Below are positions 34,169-43,603 of a stretch of 44,234 nt of DNA, in pieces; within the stretch, counting starts at the first letter, position 1, and each line of letters opens with the position of its first letter. This DNA is from Escherichia phage vB_EcoS_CEB_EC3a. The translations under genes and the position numbers were made by a program. The notes below the pieces were generated by a model. The model did not search any database, was not told where the DNA came from, and saw only the letters and a program-made list of their open reading frames with translations. The DNA lies in the sequence record NC_047812.1; one strand, given 5' to 3'.

Positions 34169-36163
34169 ATGTTGCCTATCGAGAAGCTGGTTGCCAACTT
34201 TGATAAAGAAAGAATTAAACAGATTCAGAAAGATTACCAGTTTGGCGAGATAACCCCTTACGAGTTCCAATGCGTTACATTTGATGCAATTGGGAAGGCT
34301 ATTGGCAAGTATGAGGCTCCATTTATCGCAGACCTCTCGGTATCTGCTGGTAAGACAATCATCCTGGCTATGATTGGTAAGCGCATGGAGCAGCTTGGGC
34401 TTCCTTATATGGTTCTTTCTCGCCAGTCAGAAATTATCAGCCAGAACTCAGAAGAGCTTCGTAATTTCGGCATCCGTAACAGCGTCTATTGCGCTGGCCT
34501 TAACGTTAAATCAGTTTATTACCCAACCATAGTTGCCAGCGAGGGTACGGCTGCTAACGGATTGTTTAAGGGGCTTGGTGACTATGTTCCGGCAGTTATC
34601 GCTATCGATGAATGTCACATGCTTGACACTATGGATATAGTTGAAGCAGAGGAGAACGAAGAAACATTTGAGCAAATGAGCACAAAGAAAGGAGAGATGG
34701 TTTTCAAGGATGGCGTTAACACTGGATTAATCGGTACTGGTCGTTCGCAATACACTCTAATCATTACAGAGATGAAACGACGTTGTCGTGAAAAGTACGG
34801 TCGGGAGCTTCGTATATTCGGCCTTACTGGTAGCCCATATCGTAACAATGACCATATCGTCGTTAGCAATCCAAACATCCGTGGGTTCTGGCGCAAAACA
34901 GTGATCCAGGTCCCAACCAATTACCTTGTTGATTTGGGATTCGTGGTACCTACTGTTTACGGTGAGGTAGGTGATTTGGGTTATGACCTTGCGGAGTTTG
35001 CGCCGGATGGCAGTGATGGTGTGAAAGATTTCAGCAAGAAAGAAATGGATGCTATGCAGGAAAAAATTCATCAAAACCAGTCCATGACTCAAAAGATTAT
35101 GCAGTTCGCAGCCAAGTTTATGGAAACTCGTAACGCAGCACTAGTAACTTGCTCAGGCAAGCGGCATTGCGAGGAAGCAGCCGCGGCGCTTCCTGATGGT
35201 GTAACCTGGGCTATAGTAACTGACTCTACTGGTGAGAAAAAGCGTCGTGAGATTCTTTCTGACGCAGCTGAAGGTAAGTATAAATTCATCTTTCAGATTG
35301 GTTGCCTCACAACCGGCGTGAACGTTCCGACATGGGACACGTCAATAATTCTTCGCAAGGTTGGTAGCATCACGTTACTGATTCAGCTTTTGGGGCGAGG
35401 TATGCGAATTCTTAAGAAGAAGCACAAGGAAATGGGAATGGTTAAGGATGATCACGTGGTGCTGGACTTCGCTGGTACTCTTGATGACATGGCGGAATTG
35501 TACTTTGACCCAATCATAGAGGAAGTGCAGGACCAGAAATTTAAGTATTCACGCAAAGTCGGCGATGAGCCAAGAATATGTCCGGCCTGTAGTTACGAGA
35601 ACTCTCCTTTTGCTCGTCGTTGCAATAACGTAATTGACGGGAAGCGTTGTGAGCATTTTTTTACATTTCGCTTATGTGAAGATATAGAGGACCCGCAGAC
35701 AAAAGTTACTATTAAGAAAGGTTGTGGTGAAAAGAATGATATCGCCGCTAAAAACTGCCGCTGCTGCGGAGAAATGCTTATTGACCCTAACGCAAAATTG
35801 TCTGGAAAGATGTATCGAAAAGGTGATTGGTTGAGAGTTTACGGATTCAGCATTGGATTAACAAAGAACCAAACTGGAATCGTTGCTCGCTATGAAATCA
35901 TGTCGCATAGTGGGGATAGGTTTGTTGCTTACGAAACTTTCTTCCCAGAGAGTGACCATCGAGTTTGCTCTGTAAAATGGAAAGCATTTTGCTCGAGTCA
36001 CATAGAGAACAGGACTGAGGCTTTTAGAATTGGCAGATTGCGTAATGCTAAGATGATTATGACTAATGCTCACCTTTTCCGTGCGCCATTAAGGATTACA
36101 CACCGTAAGAACCAGAAGTCTCAAGATATTATCGCAAACAAATCATTTACTATGGAAGACTGA
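34169..36163 (+). CDS. SF2 DEAD/DEAH-box helicase with C-terminal Cys-rich zinc-ribbon region
   Basis: Walker A SAGKT, Walker B DECH; C-terminal CPAC..C..C and CRCCGE clusters. Confidence 0.8.
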   Translation: MLPIEKLVANFDKERIKQIQKDYQFGEITPYEFQCVTFDAIGKAIGKYEAPFIADLSVSAGKTIILAMIGKRMEQLGLPYMVLSRQSEIISQNSEELRNFGIRNSVYCAGLNVKSVYYPTIVASEGTAANGLFKGLGDYVPAVIAIDECHMLDTMDIVEAEENEETFEQMSTKKGEMVFKDGVNTGLIGTGRSQYTLIITEMKRRCREKYGRELRIFGLTGSPYRNNDHIVVSNPNIRGFWRKTVIQVPTNYLVDLGFVVPTVYGEVGDLGYDLAEFAPDGSDGVKDFSKKEMDAMQEKIHQNQSMTQKIMQFAAKFMETRNAALVTCSGKRHCEEAAAALPDGVTWAIVTDSTGEKKRREILSDAAEGKYKFIFQIGCLTTGVNVPTWDTSIILRKVGSITLLIQLLGRGMRILKKKHKEMGMVKDDHVVLDFAGTLDDMAELYFDPIIEEVQDQKFKYSRKVGDEPRICPACSYENSPFARRCNNVIDGKRCEHFFTFRLCEDIEDPQTKVTIKKGCGEKNDIAAKNCRCCGEMLIDPNAKLSGKMYRKGDWLRVYGFSIGLTKNQTGIVARYEIMSHSGDRFVAYETFFPESDHRVCSVKWKAFCSSHIENRTEAFRIGRLRNAKMIMTNAHLFRAPLRITHRKNQKSQDIIANKSFTMED

Positions 36164-36164
36164 C

Positions 36165-36584
36165 ATGCAAATTACAGACAAAGAAGATTACATTGAGTTT
36201 TACCCAGGCCCGGTTAAGTCGTGTCCGAAAGAGGATGACGAACAAATCTTTTGCTCTGATTGGGTTAAGTATAACTACCCGGAGATGGTATTTTTCCACT
36301 GCGTAAATGAGGGGAAGAAAACCATTGGACAGGCAAGAAAGGACCAGGCTAAAGGGCTCCTTAAAGGCGTGTCAGACTGCATGTTTCTTATTCCCGAGTC
36401 TCTGAGAGGCAAATACCCTTTCGGAGCTATAGAGCTGAAGAGGGCTGGCAAAACTCAGGCTAGCCCAGTCAGTGACGAACAGAAGTCTTTCCTTAAAAGC
36501 GTAAGAGAATCAGGCGGTTTCGCTGGTGTTGCCTACGGGCGCGAGGGTTTTCTTGCGGCATTCAAAGAAATGATTTCAAAATAG
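36165..36584 (+). CDS. VRR-NUC domain nuclease (putative)
   Basis: IELKRAGKTQASPVSDEQKSFL pattern; stop TAG in palindrome. Confidence 0.55.
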   Translation: MQITDKEDYIEFYPGPVKSCPKEDDEQIFCSDWVKYNYPEMVFFHCVNEGKKTIGQARKDQAKGLLKGVSDCMFLIPESLRGKYPFGAIELKRAGKTQASPVSDEQKSFLKSVRESGGFAGVAYGREGFLAAFKEMISK

Positions 36585-36624
36585 CACGAATTGCTAAAGA
36601 CGATTTTAAAAGATGCGATATAGT
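36582..36624 (+). promoter_or_regulatory. palindrome-promoter module (TAGCACGAATTGCTAAA, TATAGT 36619-36624)
   Basis: Motif family; leader TTACCACATCGAAACGAAAC. Confidence 0.65.
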
Positions 36625-36662
36625 TACCACATCGAAACGAAACACATAGAGAGAGAAACAAA

Positions 36663-36857
36663 ATGGCTACTATCTACACTGAAAAACTCTACAAGTCACG
36701 CAAAACTGGTTATGAATATGAATTAGCAATCACCGCTGAGGGTTATATTCTTGATGATGGCGAAGGTTACGCATTCGAAGTTAGCCCGACTTACAAAGAT
36801 GACCTGGAAACTGTTAAAAACGCATTCGGCGAAAAATTTGATGAGGTATCGGAATAA
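36663..36857 (+). CDS. hypothetical small acidic protein
   Basis: ORF downstream of module. Confidence 0.55.
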   Translation: MATIYTEKLYKSRKTGYEYELAITAEGYILDDGEGYAFEVSPTYKDDLETVKNAFGEKFDEVSE

Positions 36858-37078
36858 TGGAAATTTTTAAGTTTGAAGAGCAGTGGGATTATTTCAAAGC
36901 TATGGCTGTACAGGAACTGCATAAGTCAGGATACAAGGGAGACAAATGGTTTTTAGCTGACTGCCTAGACATGAGTTTTGAGGAAGACTACTTAAACACC
37001 GATATCGAAACATGGCGCGACCGCATGGTTGCTGATATCGAAGAAATGAAGAAAGATTGCCCAGAGGATTTTGAATAA
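36857..37078 (+). CDS. hypothetical small acidic protein
   Basis: Coupled ORF (overlapping stop/start). Confidence 0.5.
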   Translation: MEIFKFEEQWDYFKAMAVQELHKSGYKGDKWFLADCLDMSFEEDYLNTDIETWRDRMVADIEEMKKDCPEDFE

Positions 37079-37203
37079 TGAAAATCGTAGACAAAGAGAT
37101 GTTCGAAATTGCACAGACTTACGCAAATGATGCTGTAAAAACTGGCTCAGAATGGTCATGGATGTGTGCTAAAGAATACCTAAAAATGGCTTGCGGATTA
37201 TGA
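37078..37203 (+). CDS. hypothetical small protein (41 aa)
   Basis: TAATG-coupled ORF read directly from sequence. Confidence 0.4.
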   Translation: MKIVDKEMFEIAQTYANDAVKTGSEWSWMCAKEYLKMACGL

Positions 37204-37448
37204 TAGTTGAAACAGGACGCGCCGCTGTTTGGGCGCATTGTGGAGAGGCCGGGCTGCAAGATGACATTAAGCAGATATCCCGATTCTTTGACATAAAAGA
37301 TATCAGCGTTGTGTTCAATGGTAAATTCTCTTACATGGATGAGCGCCCAAGAAAATACGTAAGAGTTAAGCCAGGTGTCAGGATTGATGTTAACGAGTTC
37401 CTTAAATCTGAGGGATTCAAGTTTAAGATAACGAAGCCTAAGGATTAA
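37200..37448 (+). CDS. hypothetical protein
   Basis: ATGA-coupled ORF. Confidence 0.5.
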   Translation: MIVETGRAAVWAHCGEAGLQDDIKQISRFFDIKDISVVFNGKFSYMDERPRKYVRVKPGVRIDVNEFLKSEGFKFKITKPKD

Positions 37449-37450
37449 GT

Positions 37451-37702
37451 ATGTTGGGTTTAGATTTTCAGCCAGGGCATTACGATTTAGTATATGGGCA
37501 AAGTGGAGCTAAGTTTAGGGCGATACCTATTGCTGACTGGTTACCTCCTGATTATGTGGATGTTAATGCAAAAACTAAAGACGGGAAGTGGGTTCAGATT
37601 TACTACTCCCCAGCATGCGGAAACCTTTGCATGACTGACCTTGATCAGAAATTAGCAATTAGTGCGGAAGTTATCGACTACTGGTTGAAAGAAGTTGAAT
37701 GA
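37451..37702 (+). CDS. hypothetical protein
   Basis: ORF from track, tightly packed with neighbours. Confidence 0.5.
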   Translation: MLGLDFQPGHYDLVYGQSGAKFRAIPIADWLPPDYVDVNAKTKDGKWVQIYYSPACGNLCMTDLDQKLAISAEVIDYWLKEVE

Positions 37703-37785
37703 AGAGCCTGATACTAGTAGCATTAGTCCCACTGTTTAGCTTTACTATCTTATACTTTATCGTAATGAATTAAGGAACTTATATA

Positions 37786-38916
37786 ATGGCAACTGCAAAA
37801 ATTACCAACGAAGAACTGCGCGAAGAACTGGCAAATGGCATGACCAACAAGGCAATCGCAGAGAAGTACGGAATGAACATTCGCAACGTTGAATTGCGTC
37901 GTAGTAAATTGGCTAAACAAGGTGAGGGGCATGGCCGTGATGTTAGTAACCTAATCCCTCAAGGTTACGCCGTTAAGGGCGTTTCTAGCTTAATTGGTGC
38001 TGATGGTGAGATCAAGCAACAGTGGGTAAAGTCTGACATTGACAAGGAGAAGCAAGAAGAAATGATGCTTCAGGCAATTCAGGCGATGACCGATGAGTTA
38101 CCACGCGAAAAAGCGAAGCCACTCAGTACGTCATCATTTGAGGACACTCTGAGCCTTTACCCTGTATTCGACCTTCACATTGGCGCAATGGCTCACCATG
38201 CTGAATGTGGCGAGAACTACAGCACTGAAATCGCCGAGCGAGTCCTTAATAGTTATTTTGATTACGCCGTTGCAAAGGCACCAAACTCCAAGAAAGCTGT
38301 ATTGCTGATTGGTGGTGACTTCCTTCACTCTGACGGAATGGAGGCGGTAACCCCAACCAGTCGTCATATTCTTGATCAGGATAGTCGATACCACAAATTG
38401 GTTTACGTAGCAGTGAGAGCGACGCGAAGAGCAATTAGTCGGATGCTTGATAAGCACGCTGAGGTTGAGGTTCAGATTATTCCTGGAAACCACGATCTTT
38501 CAGGAATGATTTGGTTGCGTGCGGCAATGGCCGCTTTCTATATGGATGAGCCTCGAGTTAATGTTGATGCGTCACCTGCTGCGCTTCACGTAACGCAGTT
38601 TGGAAAGACGCTACTTGGTTACTGTCATGGACATGAACTCAAAAAGCCTGATACCAGACTATCAACACTGGCTCGTGACCATCGTAAGGCTTTTGGTGAG
38701 TCTGAGTATGTTTACACTCATAGTGGCCATTACCACCATCAAACGATTACAGAGGGTAACTTAGGTATCGATGAGTCTCATGGTCAGCTTGGTTGTAAGG
38801 ATGCGTACAGTGCCAACGGTGGTTATCGCTCTTATCGCCAGGCGTCTGTAATCATCTACAGCCCTAAATTCGGAGAGATTGGTCGATTCACTTGCCGTCC
38901 CGAAATGTTTAGTTAA
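37786..38916 (+). CDS. HTH domain + calcineurin-like metallophosphoesterase
   Basis: N-terminal GMTNKAIAEKYGMNIRNVELRRSKL; phosphoesterase motifs DLHIG, GGDFLHSDG, GNHD, CHGHE, GHYHH. Confidence 0.6.
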   Translation: MATAKITNEELREELANGMTNKAIAEKYGMNIRNVELRRSKLAKQGEGHGRDVSNLIPQGYAVKGVSSLIGADGEIKQQWVKSDIDKEKQEEMMLQAIQAMTDELPREKAKPLSTSSFEDTLSLYPVFDLHIGAMAHHAECGENYSTEIAERVLNSYFDYAVAKAPNSKKAVLLIGGDFLHSDGMEAVTPTSRHILDQDSRYHKLVYVAVRATRRAISRMLDKHAEVEVQIIPGNHDLSGMIWLRAAMAAFYMDEPRVNVDASPAALHVTQFGKTLLGYCHGHELKKPDTRLSTLARDHRKAFGESEYVYTHSGHYHHQTITEGNLGIDESHGQLGCKDAYSANGGYRSYRQASVIIYSPKFGEIGRFTCRPEMFS

Positions 38917-38959
38917 TAGCACTTTTTGCCTAAAGAATGCCGTAGAAATGCGGCATAAT
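38917..38959 (+). promoter_or_regulatory. palindrome-promoter module (TAGCACTTTTTGCCTAAAG, -10 CATAAT 38954-38959)
   Basis: Motif family; leader TACCACATCGAAAC. Confidence 0.6.
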
Positions 38960-39000
38960 TACCACATCGAAACTAGACAAACAAAACGAGGAAACACAAA

Positions 39001-39177
39001 ATGACTAAAATGATTTTTTGCACCAAGAACAACTCCAAGACGCTGCCATTTACAGTTAACCAGCCGTACAATGCAGAGTATCAAGGTGACGGATACTACA
39101 AGATTTATGGCGACGATATGACGTGGATTTTAGCGCCGATTGATGGTTCGCTGGTTGAATTTATTATCGCAGACTAG
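39001..39177 (+). CDS. hypothetical small protein (58 aa)
   Basis: ORF with ACGAGGAAA RBS downstream of module, followed by terminator. Confidence 0.5.
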   Translation: MTKMIFCTKNNSKTLPFTVNQPYNAEYQGDGYYKIYGDDMTWILAPIDGSLVEFIIAD

Positions 39178-39203
39178 CGCATCTAAAACATAGCTTTACA
39201 AGT

Positions 39204-39231
39204 GGGGGGCCTTTTGGCTCCCCTTTTTTAT
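39204..39231 (+). terminator. intrinsic terminator before lysis cassette
   Basis: GGGGGGCC-TTTT-GGCTCCCC imperfect hairpin + T6. Confidence 0.55.
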
Positions 39232-39308
39232 GCTTCTTTTCCGAGCGGTGCTAATGTATCATTCTTTTACTAACTTAAACATTGACAAATACACAAATGG
39301 AGGATCAC

Positions 39309-39524
39309 ATGAGGGAAGTAATCAACGCTGCTACGGCGTCAACTGGAGGGGCTGCGGTAACTGGCGCGGCAACTGGTCAAATGACTATAGCAATAATCAG
39401 CCTTATCGCTCTAATCATTTTTGGTGCGTGGGGAGCTTACTGGAAGTTTAAAGATAGCCAGGCTATTCGGCGAGCGCTTGAGTCTGGCGACCTAAAAACA
39501 GCAATCAATATAAGGAGCAAATAA
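39309..39524 (+). CDS. holin (possibly pinholin)
   Basis: 71 aa, Gly/Ala-rich weak TMD plus strong TMD IAIISLIALIIFGAWGAYW, charged C-terminus; directly upstream of endolysin. Confidence 0.65.
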   Translation: MREVINAATASTGGAAVTGAATGQMTIAIISLIALIIFGAWGAYWKFKDSQAIRRALESGDLKTAINIRSK

Positions 39525-40010
39525 ATGAAGCAAAAGCTGCTAATTAGCGCGGTTACGGCTGCGGCAATATACATCGCAGCGCCGCTTATTGAGCTCGTTG
39601 AGGGTGTGGAGAACAAGCCTTACATGGACATTGCCGGAATCCCTACAGTTTGTTCCGGTATTACTGGTCCTGACGTTGTTTGGGGTAAGACTTACAGCAA
39701 TAGTGAGTGCCGTAACCTGCTGGAGAAACACATCCAGATTCATGCTAAGTATGTTCAGGATGCAGTTACCTACCCAATCGCACCGCAGACAAGGGCAGCG
39801 TTAATCAGCTTTAGCTATAATGTTGGCGGCTCAGCGATGAGGAAGTCTACGGCTGTAAGGTTAATCAACCAGGGTAAAGTGGAGCAAGGTTGTAAGGCTT
39901 TGAGCCTTTGGAATAAAGCTACCGTTAATGGCAAGAAGGTTGTGGTTAAGGGCTTGGTAAACCGCAGGAATGAGGAGATTAAGTTATGCTTAAGCGGATT
40001 GCAGCGTTAG
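39525..40010 (+). CDS. SAR endolysin (T4-lysozyme-like muramidase)
   Basis: N-terminal signal-anchor-release segment SAVTAAAIYIAAPLI; catalytic E...D...T spacing in EGVENKPYMDIAGIPTVCSGIT. Confidence 0.8.
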   Translation: MKQKLLISAVTAAAIYIAAPLIELVEGVENKPYMDIAGIPTVCSGITGPDVVWGKTYSNSECRNLLEKHIQIHAKYVQDAVTYPIAPQTRAALISFSYNVGGSAMRKSTAVRLINQGKVEQGCKALSLWNKATVNGKKVVVKGLVNRRNEEIKLCLSGLQR

Positions 40011-40375
40011 TAATGTGCGTAGCTTTATATGGATGTTCAGCAACATCTGCTCTGACCGGATTAATTGGCAGTAAGCCAGAGATTAGCGCTCAAGCTGGTG
40101 CAGAAAACAATAAGGTTGGTCTTGGTTTAACGAACAGGGTTGACTCAAGTAACTCCAGCGATGCCACAGTTAAGGATTCCAGCGTGGGCTCACTGGATAG
40201 TTCTAGCGGGAAAAAGACTGCTGATAATTCGATTAAGGCCTCTACAATCACTGCCGAAAAGATTGAGATTACCAATAACGACTCATCAGCGCTTCCGTGG
40301 ATTGGAACAGGAGCGATGGGTTTGCTGGTTCTGATTCTCCTTGCCTTAATCTTAAGACGTAAAAAAGCCTCCTAA
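39986..40375 (+). CDS. unimolecular spanin (u-spanin, T1 gp11-like)
   Basis: N-terminal lipoprotein signal with lipobox LYGCS plus C-terminal TMD GAMGLLVLILLALIL and basic tail. Confidence 0.7.
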   Translation: MLKRIAALVMCVALYGCSATSALTGLIGSKPEISAQAGAENNKVGLGLTNRVDSSNSSDATVKDSSVGSLDSSSGKKTADNSIKASTITAEKIEITNNDSSALPWIGTGAMGLLVLILLALILRRKKAS

Positions 40376-40392
40376 TGGAGGCTATATTTTTA
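40366..40392. terminator. bidirectional intrinsic terminator
   Basis: AGCCTCCTAATGGAGGCT hairpin flanked by A6 and T-run. Confidence 0.7.
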
Positions 40393-40725
40393 GCTAAATA
40401 ACTCTTCGTCAGTCATTGTCCCTATGTTCATCATCTCTTTTATGTACTGGCTTTCATACCCGTTAAGCGCCTCAAAGTTGAAACCAAATGGCCTCTTCAA
40501 GCTACCCTTACTAACAAACTCACCGCACTTGCCATCAATGTATCCGGCACTCAACATCTTCGCGCAGAACTCCTTTGAAGCTGCGCTGCAAAAATCTCGA
40601 TGCGATAACCCCGCCGCCTTACTGAATCTCTGAGAGTCCTTATGCTTGTAGATGAATCGCGCCAAATGCTGGCGCGTGAAAAAGCTATAGGATTCGCAAA
40701 ACTTAAATATATCTAGCAGGAACAT
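40390..40725 (-). CDS. hypothetical protein
   Basis: 111 aa ORF coupled to upstream 527-aa gene. Confidence 0.5.
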   Translation of the reverse strand: MFLLDIFKFCESYSFFTRQHLARFIYKHKDSQRFSKAAGLSHRDFCSAASKEFCAKMLSAGYIDGKCGEFVSKGSLKRPFGFNFEALNGYESQYIKEMMNIGTMTDEELFS

Positions 40726-40728
40726 CGC

Positions 40729-42312
40729 TTACCCCAGCAGTCTAGGATTAATGTAAACTTTATCACCAATCAGGCACGTGTAGTTTTTCTCATCAAGCAT
40801 TGGCAGCAAGTGATCTTTAATCTTCGTCATTACTCCAGCCTGAGCCTCGAATGGCTTAACCTTACGAGCCGCTTCATACAATGAACGAATGCCAACTACG
40901 CCCTTACCGTTCTTACCTTGCTTGATCAGAATATCAATCAGCTTATTCATCTCGGCATTGTCGCCAGCGTGACCAGCGGCGTTAGCAGATGACAAATAAG
41001 TCTTGCTAAGTTCCTGGAACATAATTACAGCCTCTTGCATGGTTTCGAGTTCAATCTCTCTGGACTTCTGCGGACTCCCGCCATTTGGGTTAAACCAGTT
41101 ACGCACAGTGTGAAGGACCGCTGCAATCCTGATAGCCTGCTTATCAAACTTACCAAGCGCACCGCGAAGCATTGTGTGAGAATACTTACCGCCGTCAGCG
41201 AGGTGAGGCTCCATTTCCTGACGTGCTCGGTTGAGGTACTTCATCGCTGAGTTGCTTACTGTCAGCTTAACATCTTGCTCATTCATTATTTCGTGAACCA
41301 AGCGGAAGTAGTCAGCCTTCAGGCCACCATCAATAGGTTCGTAAGTTGAGTCTCCATTCTCATCAACGAATACACGTTCGCCGAGGAATGACTTCTCGCG
41401 CACAAGAAGGAAACGTTCCGATACACCGATACCACGCGCGCCAGCATTCATGATTGCATTGATTGTTTCATCCTGCGCAATTACAGAGATGCAACCCATA
41501 GCAACGAAACTCATGTTGTTTTCTGCGTTCGCACGCGCGATAGACACGTTACCCGCATCCCATGCTTTCAGTACAAGTTCGCTGTTCGTTTTCTTGGATC
41601 CGTCACCGTAGGTCATGCCAAGCAGCGAGTTCACGCTCGTCGCCTCATCCGAGATGACTGCGAAGTTGCCCTGGCGGTTGTTGATTCGAGCAAGGCCTTC
41701 AGGCGTGGTATCTGATACTGGGAATACGATATCGCACAACTTCTCCAGCTTTTCTTCCAGCTCCTCTTTCTCCTCAAAAAGTGAAGCCATCTCTGACGGG
41801 GATTTTTCCTGCTTCATCTCTTTCGATAATGTAGATAGCTTAGCCATAATCTTTTTGCGCTCACGCTTGCGCACTTCATTAAGTCGCTCAGTCTCAGTAA
41901 TCATTGGAGCAATCGAAAGTGAGTTAATGGCCGACTTACCAGTTGATGGCGGTTGGCTTGTCACGACGTAAAGAGATGTTGGCTGTTGGGTGCCATGATA
42001 CTCGACAGTAAAGCGTCCAAGCATTGCGGCAGAAATACACCCAAGGAAGTGCATATAAGCTGAAGACTCTGGAAACTGAACTGAACGAGCGATGTTAGAT
42101 GACAATTTACCAACAACATCAATATCATTTCCTAGTGAGATTACGGGGTATTTGTCATTTGCAGCATCAATCTCCACTGGTGCTTTCCAGAATGATTGAG
42201 ACTGGCGATAGCCATTGGCATTAATGGCGACTCGCAGTGGCGGGAGGTTGTCTGCGGCAGCAATTGCCATAACCTGTTCAACAGATAGTTTATCTTCGTT
42301 GAAATCAAACAT
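40729..42312 (-). CDS. large conserved hypothetical protein with P-loop-like motif (possibly DUF3987-like ATPase)
   Basis: 527 aa; PPSTGKSA Walker-A-like segment; GGAGAG RBS; has degenerate paralog at 893-1414. Confidence 0.6.
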   Translation of the reverse strand: MFDFNEDKLSVEQVMAIAAADNLPPLRVAINANGYRQSQSFWKAPVEIDAANDKYPVISLGNDIDVVGKLSSNIARSVQFPESSAYMHFLGCISAAMLGRFTVEYHGTQQPTSLYVVTSQPPSTGKSAINSLSIAPMITETERLNEVRKRERKKIMAKLSTLSKEMKQEKSPSEMASLFEEKEELEEKLEKLCDIVFPVSDTTPEGLARINNRQGNFAVISDEATSVNSLLGMTYGDGSKKTNSELVLKAWDAGNVSIARANAENNMSFVAMGCISVIAQDETINAIMNAGARGIGVSERFLLVREKSFLGERVFVDENGDSTYEPIDGGLKADYFRLVHEIMNEQDVKLTVSNSAMKYLNRARQEMEPHLADGGKYSHTMLRGALGKFDKQAIRIAAVLHTVRNWFNPNGGSPQKSREIELETMQEAVIMFQELSKTYLSSANAAGHAGDNAEMNKLIDILIKQGKNGKGVVGIRSLYEAARKVKPFEAQAGVMTKIKDHLLPMLDEKNYTCLIGDKVYINPRLLG

Positions 42313-42342
42313 TACTTCTCTCCGTGTTGTTTCTGAGCGGCC

Positions 42343-42388
42343 ATTATATCAACGACCGCTTATAATTCATTATCAATTTGTGCTATTT
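42343..42388 (-). promoter_or_regulatory. palindrome-promoter module, minus strand (TAGCACAAATTGATAA, -10 TATAAT)
   Basis: Reverse complement of 42343-42388; upstream of 527-aa gene. Confidence 0.5.
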
Positions 42389-42806
42389 ACAGGTACTGGG
42401 CCTCAAAATGGTACGTCTGGCAAAGAGTGTAAAATCCAACATCCTCGCTACGGTAAAGCTGCCAGGCATTGCCATCCTCATCGTAAATGTAACCTGCATT
42501 TTGTCCAAGCCCAGCATGAAGTGCCACCTGGTAACGTTTCCCCTCTTTAAAGTCTTTTTTAATCCCAGATTTGTGATTAACCTTTTTGCAGTAAAGCGTT
42601 TTGGTCTTAATGTACTTACCGCGCCCTTCCAGGTTAATCCATTTGCCATCTTTCTTGATTTGCTCAAATTCCACTTCATCAACTACACCATTAACCAATT
42701 GGTGAACCTTTTTAACGCGAGCTTTGTAGAGTACGTTTTCGTTGCTAACCCAGTTCTTTGTGGTTTTGTTCCATCCGACAGTTATCTTGCAGTAATTGAT
42801 AGTCAT
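42387..42806 (-). CDS. hypothetical basic protein
   Basis: ORF on minus strand in a minus-strand gene cluster; start ATG 42806 (alternative GTG 42830). Confidence 0.5.
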   Translation of the reverse strand: MTINYCKITVGWNKTTKNWVSNENVLYKARVKKVHQLVNGVVDEVEFEQIKKDGKWINLEGRGKYIKTKTLYCKKVNHKSGIKKDFKEGKRYQVALHAGLGQNAGYIYDEDGNAWQLYRSEDVGFYTLCQTYHFEAQYL

Positions 42807-42966
42807 TATTTTATTCTCTTCGTTGTCCACATAAATTTGTTTGGTACTGATTTGCGCACGATGCGCACCACAATCTTATCAACCTTCTGAACTAAACCGT
42901 AAATCTTCCCATCAAGTGACGCGCGGTACACTGCCTCTTCCATTGCGTCGTAAAAGTTGTCGAACA

Positions 42967-43146
42967 TTAAATCGCCACCTTAACCTCAAACTCTTCAATA
43001 AGGTAATAATCAGGAACATAACCAAGAGTTATATCGATATCTAAGAGTCTATTCTTTTCAAATTCAGCTAGTTCCTCTGTATCAAAAACACCAAAGATTT
43101 CAAAGCCATCATAGTTAGTATAACCATTGAGTAAGTAAACTTTCAT
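42967..43146 (-). CDS. hypothetical small acidic protein (59 aa)
   Basis: ORF read manually; GAGAGGAGA RBS; downstream of minus-strand module. Confidence 0.5.
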   Translation of the reverse strand: MKVYLLNGYTNYDGFEIFGVFDTEELAEFEKNRLLDIDITLGYVPDYYLIEEFEVKVAI

Positions 43147-43175
43147 TTTTTATCTCCTCTCGTTTCGATGAAGTA

Positions 43176-43221
43176 ACTATATAACATCCGTGGCGGTGAG
43201 TTTTAGCAATTCGTGCTATTT
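43176..43221 (-). promoter_or_regulatory. palindrome-promoter module, minus strand (TAGCACGAATTGCTAAA, TATAGT, leader TTACTTCATCGAAACGAGAGG)
   Basis: Reverse complement matches module; palindrome contains stop TAA of upstream gene. Confidence 0.6.
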
Positions 43222-43364
43222 CGTGCCTTCTCAATCGCCTTCAGCACAATCTCGTGAGACTCAAGCAAGTCCTCGTTGAACCAGTCTCCGCAAGGCCAGC
43301 CCTTTCCGCTATAGGCACTTATGACCTCAAGATCGAAATAATTTATCTCAGATGGTAGAAGCAT
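43203..43364 (-). CDS. hypothetical small protein (53 aa)
   Basis: ORF read manually; ATG overlaps upstream stop (TGATG); stop TAA inside palindrome. Confidence 0.45.
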   Translation of the reverse strand: MLLPSEINYFDLEVISAYSGKGWPCGDWFNEDLLESHEIVLKAIEKARNSTNC

Positions 43365-43603
43365 CACTTCACCTCGTCAAAAGTTGCAATTCCAGGAATA
43401 AACATTCCAACCTTCCAGCCTGCAATGGAAATCCATCCAGAATTGTGCTTGTGCGGTCGCTCAGCGCCATTAATCACCCACTCGTTCGGGATTGTCTTCC
43501 CGTTAATGATTAGTGGCTCAGCGTCGTATACATAGCCTTTTACGAATGGCGTTAAGACTTTCTTGTCGGTACTGGTGATGCAATTAGTGCAGCGAATTTT
43601 CAT
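43364..43603 (-). CDS. hypothetical protein
   Basis: ORF from track in coupled minus-strand array. Confidence 0.5.
   Translation of the reverse strand: MKIRCTNCITSTDKKVLTPFVKGYVYDAEPLIINGKTIPNEWVINGAERPHKHNSGWISIAGWKVGMFIPGIATFDEVK

Noticed and set aside
42378-42890. 170-aa + strand ORF
   Set aside because: Overlaps the minus-strand ORF 42387-42806, which fits the surrounding minus-strand gene array and the motif/stop-codon overlap; + ORF lacks an RBS
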